From assembly GCA_038209995.1 (NCBI GenBank), contig JBBQXD010000002.1, forward strand, positions 136,428-200,427: a DNA stretch of 64,000 nt, given 5' to 3'. Below, in pieces: positions 37,163 through 47,023 of the stretch. Source of the DNA: Candidatus Limnocylindria bacterium (GTDB lineage Bacteria; Chloroflexota; Limnocylindria; QHBO01). Both the position numbers and the translations under genes were made by a program. The notes beneath the pieces were generated by a model. The model did no database searches. It worked only from the letters and a program-made list of their open reading frames with translations, and was not told the DNA's origin. Each line of letters starts with the position of its first letter. Position 1 is the first letter of the stretch.

Positions 37163-37618
37163 GTGGACCGTCACGGCATCACGCTCGCTGCCGTGGGACG
37201 GCTGCCGGGAGGAGGCGATGCGCCCTGCGTCGGCGTGGTGGCGGAGGAGCCCGGCCCTGCGCTCGGCTTCCTCGGCCCGGACGGGACGCTGCTCGTCGCC
37301 CGCCCAGTGGACGGCCGCGAGCTGCTGGCGGCGGTGATCGCCTGGTTCGAGGAGTCGCTCGCCGACCCGCCCCAGGACCTCGAGGCGACCCAGGAGGACC
37401 TCGCGTCGGTCGTGCGCTGGCTCGCCGGCGCGTCGCTCGAGGCGCCGCTGCACGGCCTGCTGTCCGAGGCATGCGACGCGATCGATGATGGCCTGGCCGA
37501 GGATGTCGTCGTGCGTCGCCTGACGCTGGCCGCCGATGCGATGCGGGGGGATGCAGACGAGCAGGCCGACTGGGTCGACCTGCTCGTGGAGCGCTATCGC
37601 GTGCTGCGCGGCGCCTAG
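37163..37618 (+). CDS. hypothetical protein
   Basis: 151 aa ORF with balanced composition immediately after jag. No recognizable motifs. Confidence 0.3.
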   Translation: MDRHGITLAAVGRLPGGGDAPCVGVVAEEPGPALGFLGPDGTLLVARPVDGRELLAAVIAWFEESLADPPQDLEATQEDLASVVRWLAGASLEAPLHGLLSEACDAIDDGLAEDVVVRRLTLAADAMRGDADEQADWVDLLVERYRVLRGA

Positions 37619-37631
37619 CGCCGCATCGGTC

Positions 37632-38201
37632 CTACGACGGCATCGAGTCGTCGTGCTCCGACGGGGTCGTCGGCGGCGCCATCGGTGGAGCGGCGGGCGG
37701 TGCGACGGCATCGGCCGGAGCGGGCGGAGCCGCCGGCGCCGGGGTGGCAGCCGGCGCTGACGGCGCAGCGGAGGCTGCGCTGCTCGAGCCGAGCTGGAAC
37801 TTGCCGCCCTCAGCCTGGAACTCGCGCCAGCCACCCCATCCCATCATCAGCCCGCCGGCGATGCTCAGCAGCAGCGCGAGGAACGGGATGAGGAAGAGGC
37901 CCGCGTACGCGGCAAGCACGCCGAGGAAGGCGAGGAATGACAGGAGGCCAAGCAGCGCGCCGATGGCGGCGATGCCACCGATGACGAGCATCAGCGAGCC
38001 CTTCGACCCCGGCAGGTTCGTGCTCGGCGACCACTGCGGCATGAAGACGACCGCCAACATGGCGATGCCCAGCAGCAGCGTGAGGATGAGCCCGCCGCCC
38101 GCGCCGTAGGAACCGAAGAAGACGAGGATCCCGCCGACGATCGACGCGATCGCGCCCCACGTGGCGAGCCGCTCGTTCGAGTTGAGCTTGGAGAAGTCCA
38201 T
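37632..38201 (-). CDS. small membrane protein (4 predicted TMS) with Ala/Pro-rich C-terminal tail
   Basis: Internal start MDFSKLNSNERLATWGAIASIVGG... with AAGGAGG SD upstream. The ORF-track 5' extension is rejected. Confidence 0.45.
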   Translation of the reverse strand: MDFSKLNSNERLATWGAIASIVGGILVFFGSYGAGGGLILTLLLGIAMLAVVFMPQWSPSTNLPGSKGSLMLVIGGIAAIGALLGLLSFLAFLGVLAAYAGLFLIPFLALLLSIAGGLMMGWGGWREFQAEGGKFQLGSSSAASAAPSAPAATPAPAAPPAPADAVAPPAAPPMAPPTTPSEHDDSMPS

Positions 38202-38359
38202 CGGTACCGGATGCCTCCTTATCCGCGGCGCTTGCTCCGAGCAGGATGCCAGATGCGATGAGACCGATCGGCCGCGGTGCCGCGCGAGGGTAGCACCCGG
38301 CGCCGCCCGTGAACAGGGCCACGCGGATCGTGCGCCAGCGAACGCGGCGCGAGGAGGAA

Positions 38360-38724
38360 TGGTGGAGATGGGGGAGAATCGAACTCCCCGTCCAGAACCT
38401 AGTCGCCGGAAACTTCCTACAAGCGTTTCCGGCTTACTTGCATTTCGCGTCGCGGGCCCCCAACCGGCGGGGTGCCTCACTGGCTATCCGGTTGGCCTTG
38501 TGAGCCTCTTTGACGTCGCTCACCGGAGTCGGCGACGCCGCACCTCCCCTGATGACATCTTCGCCGTCCGGGGAGGGGAGACGGCGTCGATGTTCACTGC
38601 CTAAGCAGCGAAGGCGTAGCTGGGCTTGTTGCCAGTTACTTTTGGTGCCCTCTTTTTACGAGGCCTGAGGGCGCCTCGGCTTGCGATTCCCGGTCCCTGA
38701 GCCCTGTCGAAACCTGACATCCCC
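38360..38724 (-). ncRNA. ssrA: tmRNA (transfer-messenger RNA)
   Basis: The minus-strand 5' end 'GGGGATGTCAGGTTTCGACAGGGC...' and 3' end '...GGACGGGGAGTTCGATTCTCCCCCATCTCCACCA' are a canonical tRNA-like domain with encoded CCA. Internal ORF 'GGC AAC AAG CCC AGC TAC GCC TTC GCT GCT TAG' gives tag GNKPSYAFAA. Located next to smpB. Confidence 0.8.
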
Positions 38725-38826
38725 ACAGACCAATCTGCCTTCGAGTTTATCACAGGCCGCCAACGAAGTGAACAGCCGTTCTATCGGGTGGTGCGCAGGC
38801 GCAGATTGACGCTCCGCACATCGGTG

Positions 38827-39288
38827 TCAGAGCTTGATGCGAGCGTTCTTCGCCTCGCGCTGCAGCTCGCGCCGCATGTCACGCTCGGCAATCGTGCGGC
38901 GCTTGTCATGCGTCTTCTTCCCGCGCGCCACGGCGATCTCGAGCTTCGCGTTGCCGCCGCGGATGTAGAGGCGCAGCGGCACGATGGTGAGCCCCTTCTG
39001 GTTCGTCAGCCCCACGAGCTCGGCGATCTGGTCGCGGTGGAGCAGGAGCTTCCGTGTCCGGGTCGGCTCGTGGTTCCAGCGATTGCCCTGCGCATAGGTC
39101 GCGATGTGCGCGCCCACGAGCCACGCCTCGCCGTGGTCGATCCGCGCGTAGGCCTCGGCCAGGTTCACGCGATGCGCGCGGACCGACTTGATCTCGGTCC
39201 CGGTCAGCACGATGCCCGCCTCGAGCGTCTCCTCGATGGCGTACTCGTGTCGCGCGCGCCGGTTGACGGCGATCGTCTCGTCGGGCAT
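38827..39288 (-). CDS. smpB: SsrA-binding protein SmpB
   Basis: 153 aa 'NRRARHEYAIEETLEAGIVLTGTEIKSVR...KLLLHRDQIAEL...GLTIVPLRLYIRGGNAKLEIAVARGKK'. Confidence 0.85.
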   Translation of the reverse strand: MPDETIAVNRRARHEYAIEETLEAGIVLTGTEIKSVRAHRVNLAEAYARIDHGEAWLVGAHIATYAQGNRWNHEPTRTRKLLLHRDQIAELVGLTNQKGLTIVPLRLYIRGGNAKLEIAVARGKKTHDKRRTIAERDMRRELQREAKNARIKL

Positions 39289-39527
39289 CGGTCTGGTCTC
39301 TTCCGGGGCTGTCCTCTGCGGGCATGGAAAGAGCCGGCCGTTTCGGCCGGCTCGTCTCCGTCGCTACCACGCGAAGTGGGCTATCGCACCGCCTCGGTGG
39401 TGGCGTGCTTGGAACTACTCACTTGCACACCACCTCCTTTCGTTGCCCCGATGCTAGCACGCCCTCCGCGGGCCGCACAAGGCACCCGGCTGAACGGTCC
39501 GCCCGTGCCGTCACCTAGACTCGAATC

Positions 39528-40769
39528 GTGCGACTTCCACGGTCACTCGACGTGCTCCACGAGCGCAGCTTTGCCCGCTACCTGGCGGCCGTCACGGTCT
39601 CCACCCTCGGTTCGGGCATGGCGATGGTGGCGCTCGCATTTGCGGTGCTGGAGTTCGGTGGCGCTGTCGATCTCGGCATCGTGCTCCTGGCGCGCGAGAT
39701 CCCGATCGTCGTCCTCCTGCTGATCGGCGGGGTCTTTGCCGACCGCATGCCGCGGCGCACCATCCTCGTCGGGAGCGACGTCGTGAAGGGGACCGCGCAG
39801 GTCGTGACCGCCGCCATCCTCTTCTCCGGGACGGCGACCGTGTGGAACGTCGCCGCCATGCAGATGGTGTTCGGCGTGGCGGCCGCCTTCTCGCGGCCCG
39901 CGACGATCGGGCTGATCCGGGAGGCGGTGAGCGATGAACGACTCCAGGAGGCCAACGCGCTCCTTGGGCTGTCGAGCAGCGTGCTCTCGATCGCAGGCCC
40001 CGCCATCGGGGCGCTCGTCGTCGCCGCGGGCAGCCCGGCGTGGGCGATTGCGGTCGACTCGATCACCTTCTTCGCATCCGCCGGGTTGACGGCCTCGATG
40101 CGTCTCGGACCTGCGGTGCGGATCGCGTCGGCGTCGATCCTCGGAGACCTGCGCGACGGCTGGCACGAATTCGTCTCGCGCTCGTGGGCCGTGGCGATGG
40201 TCGTGTCGTTCGGCCTCTTCCAGCTCAGCTACTTCCCTGCCCTGCTCGTGCTCGGGCCGCTCGTGGCGAAGGGCGAGCTGGGTGGAGCCCCGGCCTGGGG
40301 CACCCTTTTGGCCATCGAATCCCTCGGCGCCGTCGTCGGCGGCATGTTCGCCCTGCGCCTCAGGGTCCAGAGGCCGCTGGTCGCCAGCGAGCTGTTCGTG
40401 CTCCCGGCGGGCGTGTTCCTCGCCACGCTCGCCGTCCCGCTCCCGCTCGTCGCCCTCGCCGGCGTCAGCTTCGTCGTCGGCATCGGCTTTGCCGTCGGCA
40501 ACACGCTCTGGACCACGGCGCTCCAACGCAACGTGCCGCAACATGCGCTGTCGCGGATCAGCTCGTTCGACTGGCTTGGCTCGGTGGCGCTCAACCCGAT
40601 CGGTTATGCGCTGATCGGACCGATCGCCGCAGCGATCGGAACGTCACAGACGCTCGTCATCGCCGCCGTTCTCAACGTAGCTGTCTGCCTCAGCGTCGTC
40701 CTCTTGCCGTCCGTCCGCAGCGTCGGCATGAACGCGCCGGTGGCGGTCGCGGTCGCGGTGGCTGAATAG
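39528..40769 (+). CDS. MFS transporter (12 TMS)
   Basis: 413 aa polytopic with 'GGVFADRMPRR' MFS motif-A-like loop. Confidence 0.75.
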   Translation: MRLPRSLDVLHERSFARYLAAVTVSTLGSGMAMVALAFAVLEFGGAVDLGIVLLAREIPIVVLLLIGGVFADRMPRRTILVGSDVVKGTAQVVTAAILFSGTATVWNVAAMQMVFGVAAAFSRPATIGLIREAVSDERLQEANALLGLSSSVLSIAGPAIGALVVAAGSPAWAIAVDSITFFASAGLTASMRLGPAVRIASASILGDLRDGWHEFVSRSWAVAMVVSFGLFQLSYFPALLVLGPLVAKGELGGAPAWGTLLAIESLGAVVGGMFALRLRVQRPLVASELFVLPAGVFLATLAVPLPLVALAGVSFVVGIGFAVGNTLWTTALQRNVPQHALSRISSFDWLGSVALNPIGYALIGPIAAAIGTSQTLVIAAVLNVAVCLSVVLLPSVRSVGMNAPVAVAVAVAE

Positions 40770-41016
40770 GCTCGCTGCTGCTTGCCACGGATTGGTTACG
40801 GACCTGAAGGTCGGAGGTTCGAGCCCATTCCTCCCGACCAGTAGGCCGTCCTTTTGGTCAGTGGATTACGAAGTCGAGCCGCATGCCGAGCGGCCTCTCT
40901 CGGCCCCTGCCGACTGCGAGGAAAAGCCGCGCTTGCACAATCCGAGCAAGCCCTTCCTCCCTTGCGTGTGTCACGTTGCCCGCGCCACTGACGCCGTCAG
41001 TTGAGGGAGCGAAAGG

Positions 41017-41487
41017 TCAGCCGGGTTGTGCCGGCGGCAGATTCCGCTGTCCGTGCCGACGCGCAATCTCGTCCATGGCCTCGGGACTTGCCTGCCCGCT
41101 CGAGATGGCCTCGTTCATGTCCCAGAAGTAGCCATCGAATGCAGCGGGCCACACGCACAGCAGCTTCCCGCCCTTAGGTCCAACGCTGAAACCGTGGCGC
41201 GTGTCGGGCGGAATGAAAACGAGGCTTCCAGGTCCGACCTCGCGGTCGTCACTTTCGGTGAAGAAGGTGTACGTGCCCTCGAGGACGTAGAACGCCTCGG
41301 GCTCGCTGTGAGTGTGCGGGGTGTTGACGAAACCTGGGTTCGGATTCTCGCCGACGCCGAGTGCCCACCGATGGCCCGTGTCTGTGGACGTAATCTTGCG
41401 GGCCATCCGAACGCCGTTGCGGAACTGGATGATGTCGCCGTCTGTTGGTCCGATGATCCTCACGCTACCTGGAGACTCGCTTACCAT
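41017..41487 (-). CDS. cupin-domain protein
   Basis: Internal start MVSESPGSVR with GGAGAGGG SD. 'GFVNTPHTHSEPEAFYVLEGTYTF' and 'GSLVFIPPDTRHGF' are the two cupin motifs. Confidence 0.55.
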   Translation of the reverse strand: MVSESPGSVRIIGPTDGDIIQFRNGVRMARKITSTDTGHRWALGVGENPNPGFVNTPHTHSEPEAFYVLEGTYTFFTESDDREVGPGSLVFIPPDTRHGFSVGPKGGKLLCVWPAAFDGYFWDMNEAISSGQASPEAMDEIARRHGQRNLPPAQPG

Positions 41488-41895
41488 CTGAATCGGCCCT
41501 CTCCGTGTTGTTCCAGCCGCAGTTGTCGAGGTTAGGGTCCTCTCGCCTCGCGCCGGGGTCAATGCTTACCCGAGGATTCGCGGCAAGGCTGTTGGGAAGG
41601 TAAAGGGGACAGGTATCGGAAACTACCGGCACGACGATTAGCCGGCGAGGGCAAATGTGACGAACTCGGGCAGAACGATCTTGCACCTGGGTATCGCCGG
41701 CTTAAGACCTCTCGCCCCGACCAATACCGCTGGCGAACGGTGTCGAGCCCCCGGTCCCTCAAGGGGCTCCAGTAGCCGTTCTTCCCGATGCGGGCACAAC
41801 CCCGTGGCGGTCGTCCGCCCGAAGCTACCGGCGTTGCCGGCGATGAGCCGATCGGCGCAGACGGCGATGTCGCCGGGCGCTCGTGCTGCCATACC

Positions 41896-42590
41896 TCAGC
41901 TCGGCACCGATGGCACCTGGTGGTCCAAGACACCGGCGAGGGTGCAGCGCCCTCCTACCTCAACGGTTCCATCTGGTCCAAGTCGAACGTGAATCTCCGA
42001 GCCCGCTCCCTGCCGGATCGTGACTGCTTGTCCCAGCCGATCTCCCATGAGGACCGCCGCAGCACCGCTGGCCTCATCCTCAGCGATGCCGGCCCAGGTC
42101 GGGAATGAGCGCGAGCGGAGGCGCCCCGCGCTTTCGTCTTCCCAGGCCCAGGCATACAGCCACGGCTCGCTGGCGTGATCGGGCAACGCATCAACTTGCT
42201 GGACAGTGCGGTACTCGACGAAGCGCGGGAGGACGGGAAAGTCGACCCACGCGGGGCGGGCGCGGATCCAGGTTAGATCACCATCACGCCAGGTCGGCAC
42301 CTTACCGACCGTGGCCCGAAGCAATGTTGCGGGGTGGCCAAGCTCCGCCAAGAGCCATGCAGTCCCGACGATTGGGTGGCCAGCAAACGGGACTTCCGCG
42401 GCGGGGACGAAGATGGCGATGCGAGCGGTTGCAAGATCATCGACGAACACCGTCTCGCTGAATCCGAGCTCTGCCGTCAGGGCGAGGCGCCTGTGCGGGG
42501 GAATCACCTTGCCATCCAGAAAGACGCCGAGCTCATTTCCTCCGTTGCCGCCCGGTCCGACGAACACCCGCACGACGTGGAGCTCGGTCA
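41896..42590 (-). CDS. PhzF-family (phenazine biosynthesis-like) isomerase/epimerase-fold protein
   Basis: 'MTELHVVRVFVGPGGNGGNELGVFLDG' is the PhzF N-terminal block. GGAAGGG SD upstream of tandem ATGs. Confidence 0.55.
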
Positions 42591-42655
42591 TCATTCCCTT
42601 CCTGAAGTGTTCCGGCATTCGGTACCTGCCGGGCCGACTCGCCCCGACCAGGGCG

Positions 42656-44131
42656 CTAGGCGGAGCCCGCGGTGGGGATCGCAGCCCGCTCCTCCGCTCG
42701 GTCCACAACCCGCATGTGGTCGGTCATGGCGCCTCCGCCGCTGACTGCGCCCGGCAGCGCCGCCGCCGGCGAGCCGGATGGCTGCGGCTGGCCGACACCC
42801 TCGGTGGCGAGGAACTGGACGGCGCGGTCGAGGAACAGGTCCTTCTCCGGCGGCGTCTGCGGCGGAACCTCGACCGCGATGTCCGGCTGGACGCCATCCG
42901 GATGGACGCTGTGGTGCTGTGGCGTGAACCAGCGGCTGATCGTGATCCGCACGCCACCCTCGTTCTGGAGCGGCACCCAGACCTGGACGGTGTTCTTGCC
43001 GAACGTGTGCTCACCGATGATGGTCGCCCGCCCCGACTCCTTCAGCGCCGCCGCCACGATCTCCGAGGCCGATGCGCTCCCGGCGTTGGTGAGGACGGCG
43101 ACCGGGATGCTCGTGCTCGTGGCCGCTCCGCTCCCGGTGGCCTCCCAGCGGGTGACCTGGCCACCGGATGACTCCTGGCTGAAGATGAGGCCCGAAGCGA
43201 CGAACTCGCTCGCGATCTTCCGCGCGGCCTCGATGTAGCCGCCGGGGTTGTCGCGGAGGTCGAACACGATCTCGTCGGCCCCGTCGTCGAGCAGCTTCGT
43301 GAGCGCCTGGTGGAACTGGTCCGACGAGGACTGGCTGAACCCGTGCAGCGCGATGTAGCCGATGTGCGCGGCGATCATCTTCGTGGTCACCTCGCGCGTC
43401 GTGATCTCCGCCCGCGTGATCGTGACGTCGAACGTGCGCGTGTCGCGCTTGATGGTGAGCGTCACCTTCGTGCCCACGGGGCCGCGGACCTTGGTGATCT
43501 GATCCTGCATCTGGGTGCCGTTGACGCTCTTCCCGTCGACGGCGAGCACGAGGTCGCCCGCCTGGAGCCCCGCCGCCTCGGCCGGCGAGCCTGAGAGCCG
43601 CGCGACCACCACGAGGACGCACGTGTCGGAGAGCGCGGTGCAGACCGCGAGATTGCCCGGGTCGGCGAGGTTCTTCATCGCCATCTCGGCGCCGATGCCG
43701 GTGAACTTGCCGGAGAGGTCACCGAGCGCCTGCTGGTACTGGTCGGGCGGCATGTAGCCGCTGAAGGGATCCGCGACCCCGTACTGGAACATGCCCTGGA
43801 TGGCGCCCTCGGCGAGCTTCTTGTCGTCCAGCGTGTCGACGTACTCGCGCTTCAGCTTGTCGTACGCCTCGCAGAGAGCGGCAAACGCCGCGCTCGGCGC
43901 GGTACAGGAGCCGGAGCCGCTAGCTCCCCCGCCGCGCACGAGGTAGCCCGCGGAGAACAGGAGCGCGCCCACGACCGCGGCCAGGACGAGGCTCACCAGC
44001 CATGCGGCGGCGGACGACATCGGGCGCGGCGAGCCGCCGGACGCGGGCATGCTGCCGCCGGGCTCGGGGCGGGGCGAGGTGGGGTCCGAATCGGGCGGCA
44101 TCGCTGAGGCGCCCGGAGCACGATCAGTCAT
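42656..44131 (-). CDS. ctpA: carboxyl-terminal processing protease (S41 family) with PDZ domain
   Basis: N-terminal membrane anchor, PDZ 'GSPAEAAGLQAGDLVLAVDG', and S41 catalytic region 'VAVLTNAGSASASEIVAAAL' ... 'GKNTVQ'. Confidence 0.75.
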   Translation of the reverse strand: MTDRAPGASAMPPDSDPTSPRPEPGGSMPASGGSPRPMSSAAAWLVSLVLAAVVGALLFSAGYLVRGGGASGSGSCTAPSAAFAALCEAYDKLKREYVDTLDDKKLAEGAIQGMFQYGVADPFSGYMPPDQYQQALGDLSGKFTGIGAEMAMKNLADPGNLAVCTALSDTCVLVVVARLSGSPAEAAGLQAGDLVLAVDGKSVNGTQMQDQITKVRGPVGTKVTLTIKRDTRTFDVTITRAEITTREVTTKMIAAHIGYIALHGFSQSSSDQFHQALTKLLDDGADEIVFDLRDNPGGYIEAARKIASEFVASGLIFSQESSGGQVTRWEATGSGAATSTSIPVAVLTNAGSASASEIVAAALKESGRATIIGEHTFGKNTVQVWVPLQNEGGVRITISRWFTPQHHSVHPDGVQPDIAVEVPPQTPPEKDLFLDRAVQFLATEGVGQPQPSGSPAAALPGAVSGGGAMTDHMRVVDRAEERAAIPTAGSA

Positions 44132-44206
44132 GGAGCGTCGCCGGAGTGTAGCACCGGATTCCTTCGCGCCCGGTTACGCCGCCATATGCGTTTCGCAACG
44201 CGCCCC

Positions 44207-45112
44207 TCACGCGGCGGCCGACAGGTAGGACCGCACGCTGATCCATGACCCGACGGCGCCGATCCCGACCCCCACCCCGAAGAGCAGGGCGGACAGCGAG
44301 CCGAGGTTGCGGGCGCTCACCGCAGTCGGCATCTGGAACACGCTCACCAAGATCGGCTGGATCGGGTCCCAGACGATGGTCACCAGGATGACGGCGACCA
44401 CCGCACCGATGAGGCCGCAGAGGATCCCCTCGAGGATGAACGGCCATCGGATGAAGGAGTCCGAGGCGCCGACGAGGCGCATGATCTCGATCTCGCTGGC
44501 GCGGCTGTAGACGGCGATCCGGATGGTGTTGACGATCATGAACAGGACCGTCAGGCCGATGAGCCCGATCGCCACCAGCCCCACCGTGCGGATGACATTG
44601 ATCACGCCGAGCAGGGTGTCGATCTCCTCCTGCTTGGTGATGACCTTTCGAACGCCGGCGGCATCGACCAGGGCGAGGCTGACCGCGCTCGCGCGCGACG
44701 GATCGCTGAGCGTGATCTCGAGCGTCGCCTGCAGCTGGACGTTCGATCCGGCGAGGTCGAGGGTCTGGCCGCGCTCCGCGAACGCCTCCCTCAGCCGCTG
44801 CATCGCATCCTCGGGCGACACGTACGCGACCCCGGTGACCCCGGGCAGATCCCGCGTCGTGGCGATGAGCGCCTCGCGGTCCGCCGGCGGGAGGTCGTCG
44901 ATGAGCTCGGCGGTCACGCCGACCTTGCGCTCGATGAAGTCGATGCCCGAGTTGAGGCCGGTGAGGACGATGAACAGGCCCGACAGCAGGACGAGCATGA
45001 GGATGACCGTCGCAGTCGCGGCGAGGCTCATCATCGCGTTGCGCCAGAAGCCCTGCCAGGCGCGCACGACGGAGAAGCCGCAGAAGCGCAGGAAGCCGGT
45101 GAGGTGATGCAT
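44207..45112 (-). CDS. ftsX: cell division permease-like protein FtsX
   Basis: 301 aa with 4 TMS and a large extracytoplasmic loop. Directly downstream of ftsE. Confidence 0.8.
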   Translation of the reverse strand: MHHLTGFLRFCGFSVVRAWQGFWRNAMMSLAATATVILMLVLLSGLFIVLTGLNSGIDFIERKVGVTAELIDDLPPADREALIATTRDLPGVTGVAYVSPEDAMQRLREAFAERGQTLDLAGSNVQLQATLEITLSDPSRASAVSLALVDAAGVRKVITKQEEIDTLLGVINVIRTVGLVAIGLIGLTVLFMIVNTIRIAVYSRASEIEIMRLVGASDSFIRWPFILEGILCGLIGAVVAVILVTIVWDPIQPILVSVFQMPTAVSARNLGSLSALLFGVGVGIGAVGSWISVRSYLSAAA

Positions 45113-45115
45113 CGG

Positions 45116-45850
45116 TCAGTACTCGCGCTCGTAGGCCGCGCCGGCTTCGTCGCGGACGAGCGTCCCGCCCTCGAGGGCCAGCACGCGGCGCCGCATGGCG
45201 TTGACGATCTCCTGGTTGTGGGTCGCCATGAGCACGGTGGTGCCGAGCTCGTTGATCTGGATGAGGAGCTGGATGATCTCCCAGCTCGTGACCGGGTCGA
45301 GGTTGCCGGTGGGCTCGTCGGCGATGAGGATCGCCGGGTCGTGGACCAGCGCCCGGGCGATGGCGGTGCGCTGCTGCTCGCCACCGGAGAGCTGGGTCGG
45401 CAGGTGGTTCGCGTGGTCCTGGAGGCCCACCAGGTTCAGGAGCTGCGGCACCCGGCTGCGAATGACCGATGACGGCGTTCCCGTCACCTCGAGCGCAAAG
45501 CCGACGTTCTCCGCGACCGTCTTGTTCGGCAGCAGCCGGAAGTCCTGGAAGACGATCCCGATCCGGCGCCGCAGCTTCGGCACCTGGCCGCGCCGCATGC
45601 GCCCGAGATCCCGCCCCGCGACCTCGACGCGGCCCTGGCTGGCGACGAGCTCGCGGATGAGGAGCCGGATGAAGGTGCTCTTCCCGGCGCCTGACGGCCC
45701 GACGAGGAACACGAAGTCGCCGGCCGGGATCGTGACGTTCACGTCGCCGAGCGCGACCTTGCCGTTCGGGTAGGTGAGGCCGGCGTCGACCATGCTGATG
45801 ACCGGGCCGGTCGCGTCGGGTCGCGCCGATCGGCGCAGGAGGGAGGTCAT
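45116..45850 (-). CDS. ftsE: cell division ATP-binding protein FtsE
   Basis: Walker A 'GPSGAGKST', signature 'LSGGEQQR', Walker B 'ILIADEPTGNLD'. Start MTSLLRR at 45850 or MVDAGL at 45793; the ORF-track extension is rejected. Confidence 0.8.
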   Translation of the reverse strand: MTSLLRRSARPDATGPVISMVDAGLTYPNGKVALGDVNVTIPAGDFVFLVGPSGAGKSTFIRLLIRELVASQGRVEVAGRDLGRMRRGQVPKLRRRIGIVFQDFRLLPNKTVAENVGFALEVTGTPSSVIRSRVPQLLNLVGLQDHANHLPTQLSGGEQQRTAIARALVHDPAILIADEPTGNLDPVTSWEIIQLLIQINELGTTVLMATHNQEIVNAMRRRVLALEGGTLVRDEAGAAYEREY

Positions 45851-45900
45851 CGGTCTGTGCCGGGTCATCCTAGCATCGGTGGCCGGGCGGGCAGGATCGG

Positions 45901-47023
45901 TCAGGAGGCGGTCTCGTGCTCCTCGCCGATGCGCGAGCGGAGGTAGCCGTCGATGAACGCATCCAGGTCCCCGTCGAGGACGGCGGTCGGATTCGCGGTC
46001 TCGACCCCAGTGCGAAGGTCCTTCACCATCGTGTACGGCTGGAGGACGTAGCTGCGGATCTGGTTCCCCCAGCCCGCCTCGACGTGCTGGCCGCGCAGGC
46101 GGAGCATCTCCGCCTCGCGCTCCTCCTCCTGCCGCTCGATGAGCTTCGCGCGCAGCACGGTCATCGCCCGCTCGCGGTTCTGGTGCTGGCTCCGTTCGTT
46201 CTGCACCGCCACCACGATCTTCGTGGGGAGGTGGGTGATCCGAACGGCCGAGTCGGTCTTGTTGACGTGCTGGCCGCCGGCGCCGCTGGACCGATAGGTG
46301 TCGATTCGAAGGTCCTTCTCGTCGATCTCGACCTGGGCGTCCTCGGGGACCTCGGGCATCACCTCGACGAGTGCGAAGCTCGTGTGGCGCCGCTTCTGCG
46401 AGTCGAATGGGCTGATGCGCACCAGTCGATGCACGCCGCGCTCGGACTTCATTCTGCCGTACGCCCAGCGGCCGTCGATCTGGAAGGTCACCGACTTCAG
46501 CCCCGCCTCCTCGCCCTCGGTCGCCTCGAGGATCTCGGTGTGGTAGCGCTGCCGCTCTGCCCAGCGGAGGTACATGCGGAGCAGCATCTCCGCCCAGTCC
46601 TGCGACTCGGTGCCGCCCGCCCCGGCATGCACGGCCACGATCGCGGAGCGCTCGTCGAACGGCTCGGAGAGGAGGAGCTGGCCCTCCATGCGCGTCCAAT
46701 CGGTCTGCAGGCCTCGCAGGTCGCGCTCGAGGTCGGGCAGCATGGCCGCGTTCTCCTCGGGGTCGACCGCCGCCAGCTCGGCCATGTCGGCGAGCGCGTC
46801 GGCGCGCGCGGCGAGGTCACGCCAGGTGCCGATCTCGGTGCGCAGCTCCTCGGCACGGCGCATGAGCGCCTGTGCCGCAGCCGGGTCGTCCCAGAGTGTT
46901 GGATCGGAGCTCTCGCGCGTCAGCGCCTCGAGCTCGCCCTCCTTCGCCGCGAGGTCAAAGGCGCACCGATGTGTCGGCGATCAGGCGCGCGAGCCGCTGC
47001 GCCTCGTCCTTAACCGCGTCCAA
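45901..47023 (-). CDS. prfB: peptide chain release factor 2, with programmed +1 frameshift site CTT TGA C at about 46954..46960
   Basis: Main frame 45901..46863 contains 'SPFDSQKRRHTS' and 'GGQHVNKTDSAVRITHLPT' (GGQ). Upstream frame-0 segment 'LDAVKDEAQRLARLIADTSVRL' ends at an in-frame TGA within CTTTGAC. The +1 frame continues 'DLAAKEGELEALTRESSDPTLWDDPAAAQALMRRAEEL', matching the RF2 N-terminus. Only TTG at about 47021..47023 is an available start. Confidence 0.8.
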
